This document shows, piece after piece, positions 44,303 through 51,741 of a stretch of DNA of 51,741 nucleotides. The first letter of the stretch is position 1. Each line of letters begins with the position of its first letter. Position numbers and translations under genes: made by a program. This stretch comes from an uncultured Bacilli bacterium (GTDB lineage Bacteria; Bacillota_I; Bacilli_A; RF39; UBA660), in NCBI GenBank assembly GCA_904420615.1, contig CAJFVY010000018.1:1-51741 (forward strand). The letters run 5' to 3'. The notes under the pieces are model-generated. The model did no database searches and was not told the origin of the DNA. It worked only from the letters and a program-made list of their open reading frames with translations.

Positions 44303-45862
44303 CTATTTCAATTCAAACACATACTGTTTATTACGGAATGTATAAACTAGCTGCAATGTACCATTAATATCGATATCATTAGGCAAATTCAAATATAACC
44401 GATTACCTGTATAATTCGTCTTTACAAGACTAGTACAATTAATGGACTCGACCTCTCCGCTATTATTACTATAATTAATTTTAGCATATTTATTAGAAAA
44501 GTCAACAAAACTATTGCCATCAAAACTATTACTAGTAAAATATATCTCTAGAATCTTACCATTAGGATTCGTAAGTGTTTGTGATATAACTCCACAACTA
44601 GATGTAGTAGTACACCTATAAGCATTATAAGTAGTTTGATCTTTTACTGTTGCTTCCATAATTCTTATATCTTCACCAGTTGGAAATTCTATACTTTCTT
44701 TCAAAGAAATAGTCTTATCTGTTTCTATTTCTCTTAAATCCTCTATATTTAACTTAGTCTTTTTTATCAAAATCCTATCAGTAACATCTTGATAATACAA
44801 AACATATTTACTAACATCATCATCTTTATTTACTCTAAACACTAACATAAAATTAATGGTTTCGCCCGGATCCATTTCTTCATCGCTATTAAAGGATGTG
44901 CCTAAATCACTAAAATAACGATTATACTGCAAGGTATATTTATACTCCTGATTAAGATTCATTAAGCGAAATCTATCAATATTAATCGTTCTACTCCAGT
45001 CAGTATTATTAGTTACTTGTAAATTAACAATCACAAAAGCTTTTTTACTATCTTCAACAATATAATTACCATTAGTCGTTCTTTCTGTTATATAACTGTT
45101 TGTTACTTTTATAGTGTAATTATTGGCAACAAAGCTACTTCCTTCAGAATATGTTTTATGTAATACACCAAAATAGTAATAAGTATAACCGCCAATTCCA
45201 CCTATAATTATCATTGTGATAATTCCAAATACTAATCTATGTTCTCTATAAACATATTTTACATTACGCCAAAACCTTTTCCAAGTTCTTACAAATACAT
45301 CTTTATCTATTTCAACATGTACTTCAAACTCTTCTCTATCTTCTTCGTTTATTTCTAAATATTCTTTATCATTTTTAAAGCCAAACTTCTTTAAGTCTAA
45401 TCCTAAACTACGTATTCCTAATAAAATAAACACTAAAAATTGTAATAGATAAGCAATTAATAATAAGTCCCTCGCAGCCATTATGGCTGTAATGGTTGAA
45501 TATTCATCATAAGTATTAAAGTAATTACGAACATAAACAAATAAACCAAACAAAAATAAATATTCTGCTAAGACTGGTAAATATATTTTCCAAGGCTTTT
45601 TTTTATGTCTTAAAAGTACCATTAAAGTTATAATAATAGCCATAATTATTATTAGTACTAAAAATAAACCAGGTCCAATATAATTTCCAATTGGCTCTAA
45701 GAAGTCATTATAACTATTAGTAGCAATAAAATCTTTAACAAAAGTTCTAACAACTGTTGTTTTATAAAAAACAAAAATACATAGTAATAATAACCCTATA
45801 TGAATCTTTTGAAAGTTTTTAATGAGAAATGCGTAAGGTTTACGAAATATCACTTCATTCAC
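44303..45862 (-). CDS. Polytopic membrane protein with C-terminal beta-sandwich-like ectodomain (first gene of operon)
   Basis: 519 aa with about 5 TM helices in the first 230 aa. The later segment AFVIVNLQVTNNTDWSRTINIDRFRL...PGETINFMLVF is DUF4352-like. The tracked start is GTG and the exact start is uncertain; the GTG at 45853 has better RBS spacing. Confidence 0.5.
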   Translation of the reverse strand: MNEVIFRKPYAFLIKNFQKIHIGLLLLCIFVFYKTTVVRTFVKDFIATNSYNDFLEPIGNYIGPGLFLVLIIIMAIIITLMVLLRHKKKPWKIYLPVLAEYLFLFGLFVYVRNYFNTYDEYSTITAIMAARDLLLIAYLLQFLVFILLGIRSLGLDLKKFGFKNDKEYLEINEEDREEFEVHVEIDKDVFVRTWKRFWRNVKYVYREHRLVFGIITMIIIGGIGGYTYYYFGVLHKTYSEGSSFVANNYTIKVTNSYITERTTNGNYIVEDSKKAFVIVNLQVTNNTDWSRTINIDRFRLMNLNQEYKYTLQYNRYFSDLGTSFNSDEEMDPGETINFMLVFRVNKDDDVSKYVLYYQDVTDRILIKKTKLNIEDLREIETDKTISLKESIEFPTGEDIRIMEATVKDQTTYNAYRCTTTSSCGVISQTLTNPNGKILEIYFTSNSFDGNSFVDFSNKYAKINYSNNSGEVESINCTSLVKTNYTGNRLYLNLPNDIDINGTLQLVYTFRNKQYVFELK

Positions 45863-45940
45863 CCCTATCTTAATTATAAGTATATCTTATTTTATTGACT
45901 TTGAAAAGAGTACTTATAAAAAACTTTTCAGTAATTACTC

Positions 45941-45976
45941 AAAAACCTCGTTTCCTTTTATTTAAGAAACGAGGTT
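45941..45976 (-). terminator. Rho-independent terminator of typA
   Basis: On the minus strand, AACCTCGTTTC-(11 nt)-GAAACGAGGTT forms an 11-bp stem followed by T5. It starts 17 nt after the typA stop. Confidence 0.75.
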
Positions 45977-45992
45977 CATATTAACTATTTTT

Positions 45993-47813
45993 TTATTTGT
46001 CTTTTATTTTTTTAGCATCAAATTTTTTACGTTCTTCGGTATTAAGAATCTTTTTACGTAATCTAATATGATTTGGAGTTACTTCTACTAATTCATCAGA
46101 GTTAATATAGTCAAGAGCATATTCCAAAGTGATAGGACGTGGACGTTTTAATACTACTGTATGGTCAGATCCTGCTGCTCGCATATTCGTTAGTTGTTTT
46201 CCTTTGGTAACATTAACTGCTAGGTCGTTATCACGATTGCATTCTCCAATAATCATGCCTTCATAAACTTCTGTTCCTGGTTCAATGAACATCGTTCCAC
46301 GATCTTCCAAGTTACCAATGGCATATGCAGTTGAGCTTCCTTTATCTACAGATACTAAAACACCAAGTTTTCTTTCGCCAATTTCTACATTTTCATATGG
46401 CTCATAGGATTTAAAAGTATGATTCATAATACCATAACCTTTTGTCATAGTCATGAACATGGTTGAAAAGCCAATTAAACCACGTGATGGTATTGTATAA
46501 TTTAGTCTAACTTGGTTTTCAAAGTTAGTCATATTTTCCATTTTAGCACCGCGTAATCCTAATTGTTCTATGACACTACCTACTACATCTTCTGGTACTT
46601 CAATTTGTAATTCTTCTACTGGCTCATATTTTACTCCATCAATTTCTTTAATGATGACCTTAGGCTTAGAGACTTCAAGCTCAAATCCTTCACGGCGCAT
46701 ATTCTCAATTAAGATACCTAGATGTAATTCTCCACGGCCAGAAACTAAGAAACTTTCATTAGTACTATTTTCTACTTTTAAAGAAACATCTCTTTGAGTC
46801 TCTCTTAATAAACGTTCTTCTATTTTACGAGCAGTTAGAATCTTACCATCTTGTCCTACAAAAGGGCTAGTATTAGCACCAAAAGTCATTTGTAAGGTTG
46901 GTTCATCAATATGCAAGATAGGAAGTGGTACATGATTTCCTGCTTCACAAATAGTTTCTCCTACAGATATATCAGCAAGCCCAGCGATCGCAATAATATC
47001 TCCTGCTTCAGCACTTTCTATTTCTACTCTATGATAGCCATAATAACCAAATAATTTTTGAATTCTAAAGCTTTTTACTGATCCATCTAAGCGAAGGCAG
47101 TCTACCATTTCACCAGTCTTAATTACACCATTATGAACTCGTCCAATTCCAATTCTTCCTACAAATTCATTATAATCAAGTAATGCTGGTTGAAATTGTA
47201 ATGGTTTTTCTTTATCACCACTAGGTGCTGGAATTTCTTCAATAATTAAATCAAGTAATGGTTCAAAGCCCTTTGTCTGAGTAGTAAGATCATCACTTAA
47301 ACTACAAGTCTCATTTAAAGCACTTGCATATACTACTGGAAAATCTAATTGATTTTCATCAGCGCCAAGTTCAATAAACAAGTCTAATACTTCATCCACT
47401 ACTTTAGAACATCTAGCACTAGGTTTATCTACTTTATTGATTACAACAATTGGTTTAATCTTTGCTTCTAAGGCTTTCTTCAAGACGAATCTAGTCTGAG
47501 GCATTGGTCCTTCATAAGCATCTACTACTAATAAGACACCATCTACCATATTCATAATTCTCTCTACTTCTCCACCGAAATCAGCGTGACCTGGGGTATC
47601 TAAAATATTAATACGATAACCATTGTAATCTAAAGCTGTTGTTTTCGCTAAAATTGTAATACCACGTTCTTTTTCTAGGGCATTAGAATCCATTGATACA
47701 TTACTGACATCTTCATTGGCGCGAAACATACCTGAAGTCTTTAAAATACCATCTACTAAGGTTGTCTTACCATGGTCAACATGGGCAATAATAGCTATAT
47801 TTCTTTTTTTCAT
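45993..47813 (-). CDS. typA: Translational GTPase TypA/BipA
   Basis: 606 aa. G1 AHVDHGKTTLVD, G3 DTPGHADFGGEV, G4 NKVD, and an EF-G-like domain order. Confidence 0.9.
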   Translation of the reverse strand: MKKRNIAIIAHVDHGKTTLVDGILKTSGMFRANEDVSNVSMDSNALEKERGITILAKTTALDYNGYRINILDTPGHADFGGEVERIMNMVDGVLLVVDAYEGPMPQTRFVLKKALEAKIKPIVVINKVDKPSARCSKVVDEVLDLFIELGADENQLDFPVVYASALNETCSLSDDLTTQTKGFEPLLDLIIEEIPAPSGDKEKPLQFQPALLDYNEFVGRIGIGRVHNGVIKTGEMVDCLRLDGSVKSFRIQKLFGYYGYHRVEIESAEAGDIIAIAGLADISVGETICEAGNHVPLPILHIDEPTLQMTFGANTSPFVGQDGKILTARKIEERLLRETQRDVSLKVENSTNESFLVSGRGELHLGILIENMRREGFELEVSKPKVIIKEIDGVKYEPVEELQIEVPEDVVGSVIEQLGLRGAKMENMTNFENQVRLNYTIPSRGLIGFSTMFMTMTKGYGIMNHTFKSYEPYENVEIGERKLGVLVSVDKGSSTAYAIGNLEDRGTMFIEPGTEVYEGMIIGECNRDNDLAVNVTKGKQLTNMRAAGSDHTVVLKRPRPITLEYALDYINSDELVEVTPNHIRLRKKILNTEERKKFDAKKIKDK

Positions 47814-47895
47814 TCTAACTCACACTCCAAAACTTTCAAAAGTATACCACAAAAAAAGAGAAAATACTAGCTTTTTCTAGTATTTATACTTGCTC

Positions 47896-48780
47896 TTATT
47901 TAGCAGCATTGATTTGACTCATTACTTCATCAGCAAAGTTCTCTTCTTTTTTCTCAATTCCTTCACCAACAGCATAACGAACCATTGAAACAATAGAACC
48001 ACCATTATTTTTAACATAAGTTCCTACATTTAAAGAAGAATCTTTAATAAATGGTTGTTCTTCTAAACAGATTTCTTTATAGAACTTATTAAGACGTCCA
48101 GTAACCATTTTAAGAGCAATATCAGCTGGTTTTCCTTCAGCCATTACTTGTTCTTTAATAACATGTGATTCTCTTTCTACTAGATCACTAGGTACTTCAT
48201 CACGTTTTACAGAAGTTGGATTCATAGCTGCGACATGCATTGCTACATCTCTTGCTACATCACTATTAGCACCATCAAGAACAACTAAAGCTGTAATCTT
48301 GCCACCCATATGTGAATAGATACCAAATGTCTCATTGTCTTTCTTTTCTACTCTTGCAAATCTTCTAAAACTAATTTTTTCTCCAATTTTAGCAGTAAAA
48401 TTAACAATTGTTTCACTGATCGTTTCATTAGTATCAGCTACTTTTAATAGATTAGCTTCTTCCATAGTAGTAGCTTTACTATGTAATAGAGTATCCATAA
48501 TAGTAGATACTAAATTTTTAAAATCAGCATTTTGTGCTACGAAATCAGTCTCACAGTTAATTTCTAAAATTACTGCTACATTATCAAGACTACTACCAGC
48601 AGTTAAACCTTCAGCAGCTATTCTACTTTCTTTCTTTGCTGCTTTAGCAATTCCTTTTTCTCTTAGCCAATCAACAGCTTTTTCCATATCACCATTATTA
48701 GCTTCTAAGGCTTTCTTACAGTCTAGCATACCAGCGCCAGTCTTATCTCTTAATTCCTTTATATCACTTGTTTTAAACAT
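47896..48780 (-). CDS. tsf: Elongation factor Ts
   Basis: 294 aa with the N-terminal UBA-like IKELRDKTGAGMLDCKKALEANNGDMEKAVDWLREKG. Follows rpsB. Confidence 0.9.
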   Translation of the reverse strand: MFKTSDIKELRDKTGAGMLDCKKALEANNGDMEKAVDWLREKGIAKAAKKESRIAAEGLTAGSSLDNVAVILEINCETDFVAQNADFKNLVSTIMDTLLHSKATTMEEANLLKVADTNETISETIVNFTAKIGEKISFRRFARVEKKDNETFGIYSHMGGKITALVVLDGANSDVARDVAMHVAAMNPTSVKRDEVPSDLVERESHVIKEQVMAEGKPADIALKMVTGRLNKFYKEICLEEQPFIKDSSLNVGTYVKNNGGSIVSMVRYAVGEGIEKKEENFADEVMSQINAAK

Positions 48781-48796
48781 GATTATTCCTCCATTA

Positions 48797-49753
48797 TTAT
48801 TTAGTTAATGCCTCAATTAATTCTGCTTTCTTCATTGCTGAATAACCTTTAATTCCTGCTTCCTTAGCTTTAGCTTTTAAATCTGCTAAGGTTAAATCTG
48901 CTAGTGAATCATCTTCCTTTTTTTCTTCAACTTCTTTTCTTTCTTCTTTTTTTACTTCAGTTTCTTTTTTATCTTCTTTAGATTGTTTCTTTTCTTTTAC
49001 ATCTTTTGTTTCTTCTTTTTCTTTCTTAGATGATTTTCCTTTTTCATCTTCACTTACATAGTCAATTACTTCATTACCATTTACACTAGCAATTGCATTT
49101 GTTAAAGCTCCAAGTAATAATTTTACAGAACGTACTGCATCGTCATTACCAGGTATTACATAATCAACCATATCAGGGTCACAATTAGTATCAATTACCC
49201 CAAATACTGGAATTCCTAAAATCTTAGCTTCATGAATTGCATTTTCTTCTTTCTTAGAATCTACAATTACGATAGCATTTGGTAATTTTTTCATTTCTCT
49301 AATACCACGTAAATTCTTATTTAATTTATCATATTCTTTACGTAGTTTAATTACTTCTTTCTTAGGAAGAACATCAAAAGTTCCATCGCTTTCCATTTTT
49401 TCAATTTCTTCCATTCTCTTAATACGAGAGCGAATTGTCTTGAAGTTAGTTAAAGTTCCACCTAACCATCTTTCATTTACAAAGTACATATTAGTTCTAG
49501 TAGCGCATTCTTCAGCTGCTTCTTGAGCTTGTTTCTTAGTACCTACAAATAAAACGCTACCTCCTGCTTCAACTATTTGTTTCATGGCATCATATGCCTT
49601 TTCAAGACATTCTACTGTCTTCTTTAAATCGATGATATAAATATCATCACGAGTTGTGTAAATATATGGTTTCATTTTAGGATTCCATCTTCTTTTTTGA
49701 TGACCAAAATGAACTCCTGCTTCTAATAAATTATTCATTGATACTACTGTCAT
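48797..49753 (-). CDS. rpsB: 30S ribosomal protein S2 with ~85-aa C-terminal extension
   Basis: [19 protein letters not shown] and the rest of the S2 core run to about residue 230. Then comes a KE-rich linker and a terminal [32 protein letters not shown]. Confidence 0.9.
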   Translation of the reverse strand: MTVVSMNNLLEAGVHFGHQKRRWNPKMKPYIYTTRDDIYIIDLKKTVECLEKAYDAMKQIVEAGGSVLFVGTKKQAQEAAEECATRTNMYFVNERWLGGTLTNFKTIRSRIKRMEEIEKMESDGTFDVLPKKEVIKLRKEYDKLNKNLRGIREMKKLPNAIVIVDSKKEENAIHEAKILGIPVFGVIDTNCDPDMVDYVIPGNDDAVRSVKLLLGALTNAIASVNGNEVIDYVSEDEKGKSSKKEKEETKDVKEKKQSKEDKKETEVKKEERKEVEEKKEDDSLADLTLADLKAKAKEAGIKGYSAMKKAELIEALTK

Positions 49754-49841
49754 ATCTTTTTTCTCCTTTTCGTTTTTCTTCTATTTTGTTCTAAAAATCA
49801 TCACCATTTCTGGCACTCGACAATTAAATTCCAAAATATGT

Positions 49842-50453
49842 TTATTTTTCTAATGCAGCAATAATATCTGCTTTCTTTAATCCTGTTGTAGCAATTCCTT
49901 TACTTTTAGCTACTTCTTTTAATTGTGCTACTGTCATTTTACTATAATCTGTAGTAGCTTTTACTTCTTCCTTTTTTTCTTCTTTTTTAGTTTCTTTCTT
50001 TGATTCTTCTTTTGTTTCTTTTTCTACTTCTTTCTTAGCACTGTTCTTAGTAATAACTACCTCATCTTTTACTTCTGTTCTCTTAACTTCTTTACTACTT
50101 GTTAGTGCTTCTTTTGCTTTCTTAACTAATTCCTTAAAGCTAGCTTCATCATGAATAGCAATTTCGCTTAACATCTTTCTGTTGATATCTATACCAGCTT
50201 TATGAAGTCCTGACATAAATTTAGAATAACTAATGTCTTCCATACGACAAGCGGCATTAATTCTAGTAATCCATAATTTTCTAAATTCACGTTTCTTTTG
50301 CTTTCTATCTCTAAATGCATATTGTCCAGAATGCATTAATTGTTCTTTTGCACTCTTATATAGACGATGTTTACTACCAAAATATCCTTTGGCTTGTTTT
50401 AATACTTTTTTATGACGAGCTTTTGTTGTTGCTCCATTTTTTACTCTTGCCAT
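49842..50453 (-). CDS. rplT: 50S ribosomal protein L20 with ~85-aa C-terminal extension
   Basis: [26 protein letters not shown] and the L20 core run to about residue 118. Then comes a KE-rich linker and a terminal [31 protein letters not shown]. Confidence 0.9.
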   Translation of the reverse strand: MARVKNGATTKARHKKVLKQAKGYFGSKHRLYKSAKEQLMHSGQYAFRDRKQKKREFRKLWITRINAACRMEDISYSKFMSGLHKAGIDINRKMLSEIAIHDEASFKELVKKAKEALTSSKEVKRTEVKDEVVITKNSAKKEVEKETKEESKKETKKEEKKEEVKATTDYSKMTVAQLKEVAKSKGIATTGLKKADIIAALEK

Positions 50454-50483
50454 GTTTTATCCTCCTTCATTTCCTAAAGAGTC

Positions 50484-50669
50484 TTAAATAAGATTCTTCA
50501 AGCGATTTTGATCTGCTGTACTTAAGCTAGATCCCTTTCTGTTTTTACGATTGGCTTTCATAGATTTATATCCTGTATTATGACGGCTTCCTGGTCTACC
50601 AATCTTATAATCATTTTTACGTTTTTTGATAACTTTTGCAGTTCCTTTATGAGTTTTAATCTTTGGCAT
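50484..50669 (-). CDS. rpmI: 50S ribosomal protein L35
   Basis: 61 aa, MPKIKTHKGTAK..., lying between infC and rplT. Confidence 0.9.
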   Translation of the reverse strand: MPKIKTHKGTAKVIKKRKNDYKIGRPGSRHNTGYKSMKANRKNRKGSSLSTADQNRLKNLI

Positions 50670-50680
50670 ATTTCTTCCTC

Positions 50681-51214
50681 CTACTTATTTTTCTTTGGGA
50701 CCAACATCATGGTCATGGTTCTACCATCTAATTTTGGCTTTTCAGAAATCTCAGCATATTCAAGTGTTCTGTTAGCAAACTTTTCAAGTACTTCTTTACC
50801 AAGTTCTGTATGTGCCATTTGGCGTCCTTTAAAGCGAATAGATAGTTTGATTTTATCACCTTTTTGTAGGTACTTAATTACATTGCGTAATTTTGTTTCA
50901 AAATCTCCTACATCAATTACTGGTGATAAACGAAATTCTTTCAATTCTGCTTGTAAAGCACGTTGCTTCTTTAAAGCATCTTTTTCTTTCTTTTGCTTTT
51001 CATAACGGTATTTGTTATAGTCCATAATCTTACAAACTGGTGGATCACTATTAGGATTCATCAAGACTAAGTCTAAATTAGCATAACCCGCTAATGTCCT
51101 AGCATCTTCAATTGTCCTTTTACCTACCTGTTCTCCCGTTGGACCAATAACTAACACTTCTTTTGCTTTAATAGCATCATTAATTAGTTGTCCGTTATTA
51201 TCTTTTGCGATAAT
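50681..51214 (-). CDS. infC: Translation initiation factor IF-3 (ATT start)
   Basis: The IF-3 core begins IAKDNNGQLINDAIKAKEVLVIG...PPVCKIMDYNKYRYE. GGAGG lies 6 nt upstream of ATT at 51212-51214. The tracked upstream ATG would add a non-homologous hydrophobic extension that runs through the leader terminator. Confidence 0.85.
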   Translation of the reverse strand: MIAKDNNGQLINDAIKAKEVLVIGPTGEQVGKRTIEDARTLAGYANLDLVLMNPNSDPPVCKIMDYNKYRYEKQKKEKDALKKQRALQAELKEFRLSPVIDVGDFETKLRNVIKYLQKGDKIKLSIRFKGRQMAHTELGKEVLEKFANRTLEYAEISEKPKLDGRTMTMMLVPKKNK

Positions 51215-51365
51215 GAAACACCTCCATAAAATAAGAAAAGTGGATACGTAAATATCCACTTAAAAAACCAGAAAATGTGATAATATAATGTATATTATTT
51301 ATCTTCGGCCTTTTACCTATGATCTTTTGATCATCAGGTGGATATTACATCGCTTTCCTTTTTCT
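51215..51365 (-). promoter_or_regulatory. L20-leader-like transcription attenuator of infC-rpmI-rplT
   Basis: Minus-strand RNA has the terminator GUGGAUA-UUUACG-UAUCCAC (51241-51260) plus a U-rich tract (51226-51240). An upstream AAUAUCCAC (51339-47) can pair alternatively with GUGGAUAUU. A further hairpin UGAUCAAAAGAUCA is present. Confidence 0.55.
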
Positions 51366-51371
51366 TTTAAT

Positions 51372-51400
51372 AGTATATGCATAAAGTTTCATTCTGTCAA
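51372..51400 (-). promoter_or_regulatory. Sigma-A-type promoter of the infC operon
   Basis: Minus strand reads TTGACA (51395-51400), a 17-nt spacer, then TATACT (51372-51377). A 10-bp palindrome AAAGTTGAAA/TTTCAACTTT at 51414-51436 just upstream is probably the terminator of the preceding gene. Confidence 0.55.
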
Positions 51401-51741
51401 CTTTATTTTGCATAAAAGTTGAAAAATTTCAACTTTGATATCCTTCCCTCCTAATATAAAACTCTTTATTTCTATCTTCAATATAGAATGGTATAACATC
51501 ATTTACAAAACATAATCATTCTATCAATTCTAGCATCGCCATCACTAAAAGATTCATTAGTCAAAACACTATATTAAACATTCAAATTTTCAAAATTTTT
51601 TATACATTCTTTATAGTCTTCGACTATAACACCACTTCTGTATCAATAATTTTAAATAATAGACATCTTGCGAAACTAAATTATGCTATCAAAAACAACC
51701 ATAATTTGGTAAAATTATGATATGGAAAATATGAAGTATAA

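Noticed and set aside
19470-45862. Interpreting the cluster as a prophage or as a Com/type IVa pilus locus
   Set aside because: There are no capsid, terminase, portal or tail genes. There is no PilB/PilT-size ATPase pair, PilC, PilD or ComGC-type G/FTLxE prepilin. The ATPase and platform proteins are of the smaller CpaF/TadB-TadC type.
45873-45878. Perfect TATAAT on the minus strand upstream of the first operon gene
   Set aside because: It lies only about 10 nt from the annotated start codon and overlaps the RBS region. It cannot serve as the -10 box for this gene. The real operon promoter was not identified.
48335-48808. 157-aa plus-strand ORF antisense to tsf. Similar shadow ORFs occur at 50580-51005, 50233-50415, 29574-29837, 30149-30451, 17399-17650, 18581-18799, 40226-41336, 42230-42538, 4622-5050 and 6505-6838.
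   Set aside because: All lie fully inside strongly supported genes on the opposite strand. They have Leu/Ser/Ile-rich composition typical of antisense frames in AT-rich DNA.
1-51741. CRISPR arrays, rRNA genes, transposases/IS elements, and an alternative genetic code (TGA=Trp)
   Set aside because: No regularly spaced direct repeats, rRNA-like segments or transposase ORFs were seen. Trp is encoded by TGG and TGA terminates genes (for example the ATGA junction at 27973-27976), so the standard bacterial code applies.

Overview
AT-rich, standard-code chromosomal segment from a spore-forming, anaerobic low-GC Firmicute (spoVA genes, [FeFe]-hydrogenase, superoxide reductase); the taxon is inference only. 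Nearly all genes are on the minus strand. The flanks are core genes. Positions 1-19.4 kb carry tRNA-His, a hydrogenase with a GltD-like partner, an oxidative-stress pair, tag/ogt, scpAB, spoVAC-AD-AE and a Ca-type P-ATPase. Positions 46-51.3 kb carry typA, tsf, rpsB and infC-rpmI-rplT with an L20-type leader. Between them (19.47-45.86 kb) lies one tightly packed 23-gene minus-strand operon. It joins a Tad-type pilus module (CpaB-like, CpaF/TadA ATPase, TadB/TadC-like, an untracked 50-codon pilin-like ORF, TadE-like, degenerate TadZ-like) to a Gram-positive T4SS module (VirB2-like, VirB6-like, PrgI/VirB3-like, split VirB4, M23 hydrolase, VirD4). It also encodes a class B sortase with no visible substrate, a 954-aa Cys-rich protein and two paralogous surface proteins. 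No relaxase, integrase or replication gene is visible. This is the best candidate for an undescribed system. Other notable items: a nine-repeat SANT/Myb-like, nuclease and ASCH gene interrupted exactly at an A_AAA_AAG slippery heptamer; ribosomal proteins S2 and L20 with matching KE-rich plus Rho_N/SAP-like C-terminal extensions; and a small accessory islet (dinJ-yafQ, a structured inverted repeat) next to tRNA-Leu. All family calls rest on motifs read by eye; no database search was run.
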